A stretch of 63,958 bases of DNA, counting the filler, from Rozella allomycis CSF55 (taxonomy: Eukaryota): the NCBI GenBank assembly GCA_000442015.1. It is 16 parts of 16 records of this genome, joined end to end, with 100 filler letters (N's around TTAATTAATTAA, not from the genome) between each part and the next. Parts side by side here need not be neighbours in the genome. Positions count along the whole stretch, not along the records: positions 34,806 to 39,852 come from KE560941.1; positions 39,953 to 40,998 come from KE560944.1; positions 41,099 to 44,156 come from KE560946.1; positions 44,257 to 45,342 come from KE560948.1; positions 45,443 to 47,813 come from KE560950.1; 11 more parts are not named here. The stretch is one strand, 5' to 3'. Shown in pieces: positions 35,381-47,913 of the stretch. Position 1 is the first letter of the stretch, and each line of letters opens with the position of its first letter. A program made the translations under genes and the position numbers. The notes below the pieces were generated by a model. It was given only the letters and a program-made list of their open reading frames with translations, searched no databases and had not been told where the DNA came from.

Positions 35381-35640
35381 TGTCGTAATGTAGCTCACAA
35401 TTACGGCTTTATATTTCTAAATGAGTGTAATACATGAATCGTATGAGAATAGATTTGTTCTAACTTCTGTTAATAGTAATTTACGGTTTGAAAGATATGA
35501 ATCAATTATTTACATTAATCACTATTCAATTCATATTATTTTTTATTACTTGAACGTTATTAGGCTTTGGATTATGATCTCCAAAAAGACTTCCCTTTGG
35601 GTGTGCCGTGTGAATACAGAATAATGGATCAATTCTCAAT
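35381..35640 (+). repeat. Degenerate LTR related to 44830-45210
   Basis: TGTCGTAATG..GCTCAC.ATTACGGCTT.ATA.TCTAAATGAGTG is shared with 44830. Right boundary approximate. Confidence 0.6.
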
Positions 35641-36654
35641 TCACTTAATTGAAATTGATCTTATAAGAACAACCAATTTGAGTAATGAATTTGAAACTGG
35701 AAACACGATTTTATCTTTACTTGAGAATTCATCAGTATGGCTAAATGACTAATGAATGAATATTGATAAAGAGAAACTCAGGGCAGCACCATCATTCACT
35801 AAATAAATAAAGACAAATTCATAATTAATATTATTTTATTTTTTATTATTTTAAAGATAAAATAATCCCGAACGGCAAATGGCAAATGGCAACCGAAGTG
35901 AAAACTGTTAAAATGACAAAAATATAAGAAAAGAAAGAAAGTAAAGAAGAAAGAAATGAAAGAAATGATGTTATAAAAGAAGCAAATTTATTGGAAGAAT
36001 GTCTTGCAAGGTCTGGCTCTTTTTCTAAATCGTCAGGAGAACTGCAACAAACAATGTTTGTTTATACATTTAAAAATATAACGGAGAAAAATGAGCAAAG
36101 TATAGTCTCTAGATTGAAAATTCATGAAACATTACGAAATAATCTAGAGATTTCACCATGGATGATGGGTTTTAAGCCTTTGGTTAATCAATTTGTTACA
36201 AATTTTGAAAAAAACTAAAATGGAATCATCGATGAAAATCTTATAGACCGACTTAGATCTTGCAATGATTGGGATCATATTCTGAAAGGTTTTGAATATC
36301 ATTAGAGTATTTGGGAATTTACTACTAAAGTTAGAAATTCAAGGAGAATTGTATAATCATCAGAAGCTTCAAATTCAGAATCGAATGACGCAAATTCATC
36401 TATACTCTCTGCGTAAACTTCTCTCCTTCCTCTTGATCTACTTGATTGTTTTCAGAATCATTGTCAGATTTGGAATCAGTCTTACATTAATTGAGGGAAG
36501 AGTGTATACTTGACTATCTAAGTCTGGGTCAACTTTAATTGCTCTAAAAACAGTTTCGTCATCGTCGCTTTCATCTAAATAAAGAATCAAACAAGCAAAA
36601 AACGGAGAATGTTAATGAAGAATTCAGGATTAATTAAAACACAATTTACTATTA

Positions 36655-36868
36655 GTTTTGCGGTGGATTTGTAAAAAGTGTTTGATATTAAAGTTAAAAT
36701 GGATAGGGGGACGCCTGTAGTAAGGTCACAACTGTAAAGGGCAGATGCGAAAAATATATTAATGGACATGCGCAATGAACGTTTCTGATAGTGGTTTGCG
36801 GTGGATTTGTAAAAGTGTTTGGTAGTAAAGTTGAGATGGATAGGGGGACACCTGTAGTAAGGTCACAC
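36655..36868. repeat. Direct repeat of ~75 bp, 2 copies, downstream of the Helitron ORF
   Basis: GCGGTGGATTTGTAAAA...GGATAGGGGGAC.CCTGTAGTAAGGTCACA at about 36660 and 36798. Confidence 0.85.
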
Positions 36869-37039
36869 CTGATAAGTCTCAGGATTGGAAACATATTAGT
36901 CTTTTTAAACTTTGTTTATTTAAGTTTTGATGCGTCATTTACGTGATTGATTTTGCCGTCACATATCATGGGGGAGGAGTCTTGACGGAACCCAGGCCGT
37001 ATTGTCAAGTACCTTTACATGATACGCAATGTGAATATC

Positions 37040-39852
37040 TCACGATAAACAACGTTTGTGTTTTGTTATGGATTGTGATTGCTGTAATTAAGGACTGAGA
37101 TGTCCTTCATAGATCTTGCACGCGATTAAGCCACATAAAGTTGTCCATGAGTGAACACAGGACCTGGTAAAAAGATGCCTACCTTTTTCAACGTTTGACG
37201 TTGGGTTTTGTTTATGGTCATGAAAAAGCACAATCTGACAGTAGTGGGAAATAATCTGGCTTCCTCTTCATCTTCGACGCTATTAACACTATAATATGTC
37301 GTTGAAACCCTTGAATTGACTCGCCGATGTTATGGTTTATGATAGCAACATCCGAGTTTTGTGGGGTTAAAATAGCACGTTCTGTAAGATATTCTGTATT
37401 CGATAGATTTTGATGTAAGTCGGGAAACACAGTGTTACTGAATGTGTCCATGTTGTTGTTCGCAATGACAATTGTTCGTGGTAGCATCATTAGATTCTCG
37501 GCATTGTTAGACCGTCTTCCTTCCTATTTCTATTAGATAGTTTGCAAAGTCATTGTTCAGAGCCCTATTGTTAGATGTTAGATGCAAGAGATATAATTGT
37601 GGCCACATATATGAGTGCTGCAATATTGCCGCTGCAATATCATGTCTGCTACCTTTTAGTACGACGGGCATTATTAGACGAAAATGTCCCCCACACCGAA
37701 CCAGCACACCGCCAAACAATTCATTGCAAATACAAACATCCCGTACACTACCGCTCTACGGTCTCAATGGCATATCGATGACACATAGGTATTTCGTCCC
37801 AGACAATGAGAGACGTACTTCTCAAAAGGTCCGTAACCGGCCTTGTACTGGTATGTTGCATGTAGCATGATCATCTACTGTTACAGGAATGTGAATTGAT
37901 AATGAGCTGTGCGTCTCCCTTGCAACAAATACGCGGCGATACCGCTGGATGCCACATCTAGAACGATCGTACCCTTACTTCTAAGATAAATGGCCGTATA
38001 GAGGAATGTCTTGCCAGAACCACCTGGACCATCCACAAAACAACATTTCGGATCGCCACAGTTAAGCACTAAGTAAGGTACATGGTCAAACAAGGCTTTT
38101 TGCTGTGCATTTTATCGTTCGATATTCTGCAAACCTGCATCCATTTCTTCCGCCGAATAATTCAATTCATCGGCGATCAAGTTATTGTCATTAAAAGCAT
38201 CATCAGTATTTTTATCGGCATGATCGTCATATATATGTGGGAGACCTGGGATTGTATGATAGAGTTTACCTTAAAAACTCAGTAGTTCACGAATCTCTAG
38301 GGCTGCGTTGTTGAACCTTTCATTGTCCAACAAGTGGTCAAATGCTTCTGCCAAAAGTCAGTATGGTAACAAAAAGCTGTCGCAATGGCCTTTGCATGGC
38401 ATAGCGTGTGGCCTCTTTCAAACGTTTAATAAATTCTCTGTTGTCATCAATTAATCCCCGGGCTGCCTCTGCTCCTTTGTAAGTTTCATAGGTAATGCCG
38501 TGAAATGTTCGCAAGGAAGAAAATGACGTCGCACCTTTGACAGTGTGTAATAACATGCGCAAATGAAATCGCGCAGACTCAGACGGCGAGACAGAGTAAA
38601 GTCTAGGTATTACATTCTAAGATCTTTGTTTACGGTGCCATGAATTTTTCATCCACACGTAATGTGTAGGAAAGTCCACATATATTAGCTGTTTTGCAAA
38701 CCCGTCGTGCTGACAAACATTAAAATATTCAGTAAGTTAAGTGCAGCGTCCTCTCTCCAAAATATTTGCTAAAGATTTCGACTTTGCGGATGAACATATC
38801 TCAATGTTTGTTGGCATTGATATATGACAAGACGGTTAGTTTTGTACGGTATAATCCATTGATTATTCATAATTCATCTAAAATAAGTAAAATGTGAGCA
38901 TGCGGTAACCCTCTCTTTTGAAATTCTACAACATACATAAAGGCAATGACTTTTCTAAAAATATTGTTTTTTGTGAAGTCCTGAATGATCAATTTAAGTT
39001 TTTGATTACATACACGGGCGACAATGTCAGGGCGATCTTGCGCTGTCTGGTTTAACATTAGGTTGTCCTTAATTTCAGGCGAGGACGGGTTACATGGGAC
39101 AGTGAAAAACAAATCTAGTTTTCCAAACTCACGTACTATTGCCATTGCATCCTGGTATAATTGCAACATAGCTCTAGGACCTGCGGTAAAGCTTGATGGT
39201 AACACGATTCGTCTTANTAAAAATATTGTTTTTTGTGAAGTCCTGAATGATCAATTTAAGTTTTTGATTACATACACGGGCGACAATGTCAGGGCGATCT
39301 TGCGCTGTCTGGTTTAACATTAGGTTGTCCTTAATTTCAGGCGAGGACGGGTTACATGGGACAGTGAAAAACAAATCTAGTTTTCCAAACTCACGTACTA
39401 TTGCCATTGCATCCTGGTATAATTGCAACATAGCTCTAGGACCTGCGGTAAAGCTTGATGGTAACACGATTCGTCTTACTAAACGTTCATGATCATTTGC
39501 AAAAGCATCCTGAAGGCCTTTATAAAGTTCAAAGCTTAGTGCGCGCGCTGATAAGTTCTAAAATAGTTTAATCGCCCTGTTTCATATCTGGAGTATTGAT
39601 CCACAAAAAATTATTGGAAAAGTTATCCGCCTAAATGAATGGCATGATTTCTGGGGTCGTCAGTACGAAGCTGTAAATAAAACGATGTCCATTGAAGTTG
39701 GGTTACACGTCGGCCTCTTGTAGTCATCAAATTGGGTGTCCATCCTAACTCATCATGCGGAAACAAAATTGAATATTGTAAATCGTCGTAGTGCCTATTC
39801 AACTCGGAATTGTTTTTCAAACTGTTATCACGATGTCTCAAAATAATTTCAC
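37040..39852 (-). mobile_element. Helitron RepHel (HUH Rep plus PIF1-like helicase), decayed
   Basis: [72 protein letters not shown] and [10 protein letters not shown]; many frameshifts. Confidence 0.95.
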
Positions 39853-39952
39853 NNNNNNNNNNNNNNNNNNNNNNNNNNNNNNNNNNNNNNNNNNNNTTAA
39901 TTAATTAANNNNNNNNNNNNNNNNNNNNNNNNNNNNNNNNNNNNNNNNNNNN

Positions 39953-40928
39953 ACTTGAAAGTACCACCCTTCTCCAACAATTCAATAGCGTACGGCTCGA
40001 AAATATATCCACACAGCGCAGCAGTAAGAGGATTTCCTTGGCAAGATTCAAGAAGTTCACTCATTCTGCCCCTGGCTTCTTTTCCCCTGTTTCGAACAAT
40101 TATATCTAGGGCCTTTTGAGATGCGTAGCATACAGACGAATTTGTGTGCGGGTGAGTAGATGTAACGTGAACCAAGGGATGCACAACTTTTGATTTCTCC
40201 GTGTTTGTAGAGTCTATGCCAATTTTCTTGATGCAATCATTCAAATTACAGTCTGAACATGCTGCTTCAAGAATCTCTGTGGGATCTCGCGCCGTTACTT
40301 CCAACACGTGTCGAGGGATTCCACCAAGAAATACGAAACGGCCACGCCATTGATTTGCACCAGGAAATAGATCTGCAATCGCTTCCAGTTCAGCTTCGGA
40401 CCACGTTGGCATGTAAAAAACTTGAGGCACAGGAGGTTTTTTGAAATCATTTAACATTTCTCGACGAGGGGAGGTGGACAAAATGAAAGTACACAGTTCT
40501 ACAGGTAATTCACCTAGATGGGCTTCCTTTTTGAATTTGGCATCAAACAAACACCAGAGTGTATCATTCCAAAAGGAATAGTCATTATCAAGAGGCAATC
40601 GCCCGCTGGCAAAAAGAAAAACACCACCTTTCCCATCATAGTAAATGTTGAATGGATGATAAATGAAGAGCACACGCTTACCGTCCTTGACCAATTTCCA
40701 TAAGAGATAAATGAGAAAGAGTGACTTTCCAATGCCTGGCGTGCCAGTGATGATTGCTTTGTTGATGCCAGAATTGATACTTGATGCGATCGTTCGATAG
40801 CTGGCGCGTATGTAAAGATTTTCCAACGTCGTGGATGGAATCTTTTGTCCAAACGAAATCCATCCATCGCGTTCAGTAGCGTTGCAAATGTTGTTGTAGA
40901 ATGGGACATTGCAGGGTGGGAAGGTCAC
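39953..40928 (-). CDS. Crinkler/RHS-type P-loop NTPase effector, internal fragment
   Basis: LYIRASY, ITGTPGIGKSLFLIYLLWKL, LSTSP, YMPTWSEAEL, GGIPR and GYIFE. Confidence 0.88.
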
Positions 40929-41098
40929 TATACCTATTTATTATTCAAACTTTGATATTTACTTGCGTTTTTGATTTCGTTTAGCTTTTCAGATATTGNN
41001 NNNNNNNNNNNNNNNNNNNNNNNNNNNNNNNNNNNNNNNNNNTTAATTAATTAANNNNNNNNNNNNNNNNNNNNNNNNNNNNNNNNNNNNNNNNNNNN

Positions 41099-42840
41099 AA
41101 CTTCGAGGACAATTTGGTTTGATTCCCTGTCCGACCACACTTTCTCGAAATAATATAATTATATTTGAACGTGTTGAAAAAGCTCTGGGCGACATTATTC
41201 GCCTGCGATGTCAAGTGTCGCATGATTTACTGGCTCTCCCCGTGACCCTTGATATTTGGACTGATAATGTACAAATTCCATACCTTGGGTTTACCATTCA
41301 CTACATCGACAATAACTGGATCTATTACAGTCGTAGAGTGGCATTATCGCCTTTGGAAGAAAATGAAAAAGATGCAATCAACATTAAGACTCATTGGTGT
41401 AGAATTTTGGCGCAAACTTACAACGTCAGACTCCATGAAGCAAGATTTATTTGTACTACTGATTCAGGATCAAATGTAATTAACATTTTTAATGCCTTGA
41501 GATGCAATTGTCACAGGCTGAGCACTATTATGGGTGATGTGTTTGATCATCCCTTGTCGGAGGTGAAAGCAAAGGCTGGCACTGTAACGAATGTCATTTT
41601 GTTTTGTAAAAAGTTGGTAAAATAGTCAATATTTATTTTATTTTAGGTTGAATTAGCGAAGAGAACCGGTAAGAATGCATATCTGCCTTCGGCCTTGGTC
41701 CAGGCTTGCACTACTCGATGGACTCACAACTACTTCACCCTTAAATCAATCCACAAAAATCGGGCGGCAATTGAAAAATGGCTTGAGGAGCTTGATAATG
41801 AAGACACTATGATGTTATTGGATGAGATCAATTCGTTCAACGGTGACCTTTTAGAATCATTAATTGAGTATTTCGGAATTATGAAGACCGCAATTGACTG
41901 TCTACAGGTAACCATTAATATTTTTATTTCAAAGGCGCAACATTCACCTACGATTCATTTGGTGTGGTTTTTTGACGTTTGGATAAAGAAGAAGTTGGCT
42001 GGGATGCAATATGAGAAGGCAGGAGTGTCTCGACTAATGCAAATTTGTTAATGACAAGACAATTAAACGTTTGCGTCAAAAACTCGTTCTTGAAGACTGG
42101 CATTACTGGGCCAGGTTTTTGCATCCCCTTTCAAAATCCTTAAAAGATGAAAAAGTAGACATTCCTCAAAAGGCAAGTGTGCTGAGTAAAATGAAAGAAT
42201 TTATGAAGGTCGTCTTAAGCGACAAAGAGGAAAGACCATTGGAAATTGCTGCCGAAGAACCCGTTGAAGACCCTGTTCAAAACACTAGAGATGCAGATCA
42301 ATCATTCGGTTTTATGACAGGTACCAATTTGTGTTTACTAATTTAGGATTTATGGATGTAGTAACTGAAAATGAATTTGAGATCGAAAGTGACGCTCCTA
42401 GTATTGACCAGATGATTGAAGATGAACTTGATCGTTATCAGGTACGTAACATGGGCAAAGATCTAAAACGTACAGAATTATTTGATTTTCCTTCGCGTCA
42501 GTCCAAAGATCCTTCTATGCAATACGTCTACTTTAATGTTATGAAATGGTGGAAAGAAAATGAAAAGGTAAGTAATAATATATTTTAGTCATGGAAGGAC
42601 TTTCCCAGATTAGCGACCGTCGCAAAATACATCCTGGCGGTCCAGGCAAGTAGCGCTGAAAGCGAGCGTCTTTTTAGTTTCACAGGGTGCACAAAAACAA
42701 AGTTTAGGGCTGCAATGGCAGTGCAGACACTCACGGCGCTAAGTATTAACAATGGAAACCCAGATTTGTTTGATCAAGAACTCAAGGCTTTGGTTGAAGA
42801 AATTAAGCAGACTGAAGCTCGTGAAAAGGAAAGAATGTAA
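41099..42840 (+). mobile_element. hAT transposase with short introns and C-terminal dimerisation domain, 5' partial
   Basis: TLDIWTD, TTDSGSN, CNCHRL, TTRW, WWKENE...FPRLA..AKYILAVQASSAESERLFS. GT-AG introns start near 41617, 41908, 42321 and 42568. Confidence 0.92.
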
Positions 42841-44829
42841 TACAATAAAATATGTTTTATTAATATAACGTTTTTCAATATTCAATTGTAAAACTCTCGA
42901 TCTATATTTAAACTCACCCTGGGAGTCTTCCGCCGTGGGTGGCCATGGGTCGTAACATACAGGCTGCGGTGGGTTGCCGGTGGGTTTCGCATTGTTAGAT
43001 CCACTGGCGATGGGTCGCCGGTGGATCTCAGTAACTAAAAATGACCCATGCAGGAAAAAAGTAGTTTCGAAGTCCTAATTCAATAGATATGATTAATCGG
43101 GAAAGCCTATATTAATTCATGTTTTTACTTAGGCAATTGCCAAGTCAATTATTTGGTTCTTTGCAATTACTTTCAGTGATACAACAAGCATTGCGTTCAT
43201 GAGTGTTTTGATGTCGTTAAATGAACACGACGCTATTGGGGCTCCCGCTGATTTAATCTCGTCTTCATCAACGAAATCGGAAAGTAATTTGTATTTTTCC
43301 TCGATGATTTCTATGTTTTGTTCTTCTTCCATATAATAGTTTATTAAGTTAATAGACCTATATATATAGATAATCATCACTGCCTATATCTATAGATAAA
43401 GCTGAAACCAAATATTAATGTCATGGGCCATTTTGAGGTGAGGAGTTCAACATGTTAAATAGACTTGTACTTAAATTTAGCGCCCACGTTCAATACCGAT
43501 AAACCGATATTAATCGAGGCGGTAATGTGAATCGTCAGAAGTGAAAGTCTATACTAAGGCCGCAGTCATTAATATTACATATGTAATCGCCGTACATGTT
43601 GTCAAAGATTTTAACTAGAGGAAAGGAAAATCAATTTAAGATCTACCCGACCTCTTATATCGCCACGCGATGACGCCTGAAGCACGTATAGTATATAGGC
43701 ATCGTTAAGTGAGTGTACAAAAGGTTTGACTTTACTTAACTTCGACTCCCAAACACAGACCGTCATAAATGCGAAAATAATTATGCATTTACGTCTATAA
43801 ATTGTAAACAGTTTCCTGATTTGAATTGGTGAATTGGTCGTTTTTAGAGCATCTATATGACACTTGGTTGTCCAATTTTGGTTCGGGTTATTAGCCAGCG
43901 TACGATACTTTGTCAGGCTATGCGTGCACAAATTATGCCTACGGGTCGTGCAATGACATTATTTACGCGAGATTACATTTTACAAAGGAATACTGTTACG
44001 GATCTCCGAATTGACACTACACGTATGTAAATATTACAAGCAACTCAGTACGGCTCTTCTGAACATTATTTGAGTCTTCTATCATATTGTGATAGTAACG
44101 CTGTAATGGCTGATCGTTATTTTCTGCACAACTCTTCTATTAAGATGTGTGATGGANNNNNNNNNNNNNNNNNNNNNNNNNNNNNNNNNNNNNNNNNNNN
44201 TTAATTAATTAANNNNNNNNNNNNNNNNNNNNNNNNNNNNNNNNNNNNNNNNNNNNCTCCCCGTCCGATTTAACGAGCACTGCGAGACTTGTTTTCATTT
44301 TCTCCCAACAATTTGATGTTAAGAAAAAATTAGAAACAGACCCTAAACTATTTATTAAATTAAGAAGATTCTTCTGATTGGGTCTTCGTTCACGTTTGCC
44401 GCATTTACCTCTTCCAAATTCCAACATAGGAAAGGCAGCAGGATTAGGAAACATTGGAGCCTCATCATAATTTTGCTGCGAATAAAAAGGAAGAGAAATA
44501 CAGTGAAGAACTTGTAGCTTACTAGCTTTAGGAATAGGGTTTATCCTTCTTATTTTTGATGCTTTGTGATGTTTTCATGATTCTGCAATTTCGTGGGCAC
44601 AGAGAATAGCTTTGCCAAGGTCCGTTCGCCACGGCTCATCATTTTCAAGAGAAAAGGAGCACCTTATTGAACGCATCAGTGTCTGCAGTACTTGGGCTTT
44701 ATGATTGTTTCAAGAGGCACCGAACCAACTTAGAAACATTCAATATCCTTTGGCTTACAGTTTACTAAATAAAGTTTTTCTCTTATAGCACAATAGTCAA
44801 AGAATTGCTGAATTCTTTTACAATCGATA

Positions 44830-45210
44830 TGTCGTAATGAGGCTCACCATTACGGCTTCATAAATCTAAATGAGTGAAATAGAAAGAGAATTAGTTAAGC
44901 ATAAAACGTAAGTCGTACGAGAACGGATTTTCCGTATATTTATTTATTTATAATATCTCCGAGCCTTTTATCTCGGTTTTATTCTATTAATAGTAATTGA
45001 GATCCTAAGAGATCCAGCTTGAGTCACCATCAATGAGTATGAATTCTATGTTGTTTATCACTAATAGAACCTAATATTATCGTTATTGGGGTTATGACTT
45101 CGAATCTTCGATGTTATCGTCAATAACCATGATTATGATTCATGTGTAGGTTTCGTGTAATTTTAGACTCTATGTACTCACTGGAGCAGGTCATAATTAT
45201 CTTAATGACA
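44830..45210 (+). mobile_element. LTR (TGTCGT...ATGACA) followed by PBS-like TGGTGGTA
   Basis: Imperfect terminal inverted repeat; TGG begins 2 nt after the end; it interrupts a repeat seen uninterrupted at 22809-22952. Confidence 0.75.
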
Positions 45211-45442
45211 ACTGGTGGTATATTAGGACCCTTATNGTACGCTGTTGAATTTCGCAAATCCAAATACATACAAGATAAAAGATCATTTATTGAATTTTAT
45301 TGAATGAATCTTTGGCAGAACAAGTCACTATAAAATGATTGCNNNNNNNNNNNNNNNNNNNNNNNNNNNNNNNNNNNNNNNNNNNNTTAATTAATTAANN
45401 NNNNNNNNNNNNNNNNNNNNNNNNNNNNNNNNNNNNNNNNNN

Positions 45443-47813
45443 GCACAGAGTCTTTTGAACAGGGGCATGTGTCGTTCCTTGAAATTACCAAGAACTTTGA
45501 TGGTCGATTGCACAAGCTGTGTTGATTCAAGCAGTACAGGTATTTCCAAAGTGGGTATATCAATCTGCTGCAAGTCAAATATCTTTAAAGAATAGAAAAG
45601 ACTAATTATATCTGCCGTGTCTATAAACTTTTGAAGAAAATCATGAACAGCAATATTCCATTTGTAAATTTCAGTATATTTCGCAAAGAATATCGCCTCA
45701 ATATTTAGCAACTCCCCCTGCTCCATTAACGACGACGCTTTCTGGATCATCTCATTTAAACCGCCTTTAAACTCTTTGACAGTCAACAAACATTTGTTCT
45801 CAAACGATGTTTTCTCAAAGTACTCGACAATCTTGGCATTGAATTCTGCCAACTCTGAAAAATGGGATGCTATTTGCATCTTCAAAGACATTATCAAATC
45901 ATTCATCAAGTCTGTTGAAACAGCTGCTTTTTGAGCGGCTAGCATCGGAAGTAGATAGATGCTCGACTTTAGTTTGTAGAAATCTTTGATACTTTGGTCA
46001 CTTATATTGACTAGAATCGTCTCCAAAAATGTGTATTTGTCATTTAATTCAGTTAATATATCGTTAAAGTATGCTACTTCTTGGTTTAATGTTAATAGTA
46101 GATCTCTCTGTTTGGCGATCAAGTAAATGTCTTTGCTTTCTGATTGCAATAATGAAACATCTTTATCATATCTCGTTATAGATTCATGTGCTATTTTATC
46201 GAATTGTTCAATTAATTTATTTTTGATATGCTCCATCCTTTCTTGACAATTCCTCAACAAGTTTGTGTGCCATTGGCTTAAATCAAATGTTATAAAGTTG
46301 ATTCTAACCAGATTCTTTCCTTTTGTTATTCTACGCTCAATTAAAGAACAAAGTTTAGACACCTTTTCATAATCCGCTTGTAAATCACACTCAAAATCAT
46401 CACTCTCACTTGGCTTGTACTCTCCATTCAACTCACCACTATGAATCAAAAACTTTGCAAATATAGTTTCAATACTTTCCTGAAACCAACCAAGATAAAA
46501 AGACCTGTTTCTCTTTACCAGAAAATCATCAATTTCATAAATGCTCAATGAATGTTTCAAAAGACTAATAAAATTACCCTTCATTTCGTTTATTTCAACT
46601 TTAGTGTTTGAAATTATTGGAATTATCACTCTTATTCTCTCCTCTTTTAAACTATTGGCGATCACATATACTTCAGAATTTAGTTCATACGATACATGGG
46701 ATTTCAAAATAGGTTTTGCAAAAGATCCTAGTCCACTCTCCGTTGCAAACTGCCTGGTTATTNCAACCAAGATAAAAAGACCTGTTTCTCTTTACCAGAA
46801 AATCATCAATTTCATAAATGCTCAATGAATGTTTCAAAAGACTAATAAAATTACCCTTCATTNAAGCGGTTCATGAATTTGGAATGCTTCATTATCTGAT
46901 CCTCCAATTCTTTGAAACTAATCATTTCACCGATATTCAATCGAAACCCATGCTCATTTATTTCCGTTATTGCTCTATTCAATGCAGTCACTGCTTTTAA
47001 ACACACGTGTTTTCCTTTGATGAGCTTTGATGCTTCTTGCACTTTGCCTTTAACACACAAAATCGGTTCAATTATTTTCAGAGGTTGTGGTTCTATTATA
47101 CTACCAACTATCATAGCTTTATGATAGTAATATTTCAGATCCTTGTCTTTGAAGTTTTTAGGGTTTGCTTTAAATCCTTTGGCAAGTTTGGGTAGTTCAT
47201 CCAAAAATNCAACGGTGGTGGTTCTATTATACTACCAACTATCATGGCTTTATGATAGTAATATTTCAAATCCTTGTCTATGAAGTTTTTAGGGTTTGCT
47301 TTAAATCCTTTGGCAAGTTTGGGTAGTTCATCCATAAACCTATTTCTAATATATCTTCGTCTCTCAACTTTGGCTTCCTTCAACGCTTTAAAATACTCAC
47401 TTTCCTTGCAGAACGGAAACATGATTTTAGTGCATTTTACATTCAAACATTCTCCATTCAAACTTATGACATCAAAAGTTTTCGTTTCTGGGTGATACCT
47501 CTCAATCAAAACATCAGTACATTCAAATCTTGAATCCTCTCGCCTATAAATCTTCGAATGTTTCAGCCTATCACCTTTCTTCATACAAAGCTCGTATTCA
47601 ACATTCACAAAATACTCCAACCCCAAAATCTCCTCCAGCGCACTCTGGTAATCCAAATAAACCCTTATCANTATTCCAAATACACCCTTATCAACGCACA
47701 ATCCGATCGCATATCATCAAGATCAATCAAACTGTACCGGTTCTTCCTGCACGATTCATAAAACCCCTCCAGATTCACACTCGAATGCTGCTTCATCTTT
47801 ATGGATCTCGGCG
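45443..47813 (-). CDS. Probable divergent axonemal (inner-arm) dynein heavy chain, N-terminal/stem fragment
   Basis: V...Y....FDV.......IMFPF..E..YF.....A...RR.......MDELP resembles the DNAH1 N-terminus, and RINFITFDLSQWHTNLL plus coiled coil resembles the DHC stem. No motor domain is in view. Confidence 0.45.
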
Positions 47814-47913
47814 NNNNNNNNNNNNNNNNNNNNNNNNNNNNNNNNNNNNNNNNNNNNTTAATTAATTAANNNNNNNNNNNNNNNNNNNNNNNNNNNNNNN
47901 NNNNNNNNNNNNN

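Noticed and set aside
35750-36560. Short ORFs as an intact gene
   Set aside because: Fragmented by stops and frameshifts, with no recognisable family.
38955-39478. Duplicated Helitron Rep segment
   Set aside because: Identical overlap around the N at 39217; assembly artefact.
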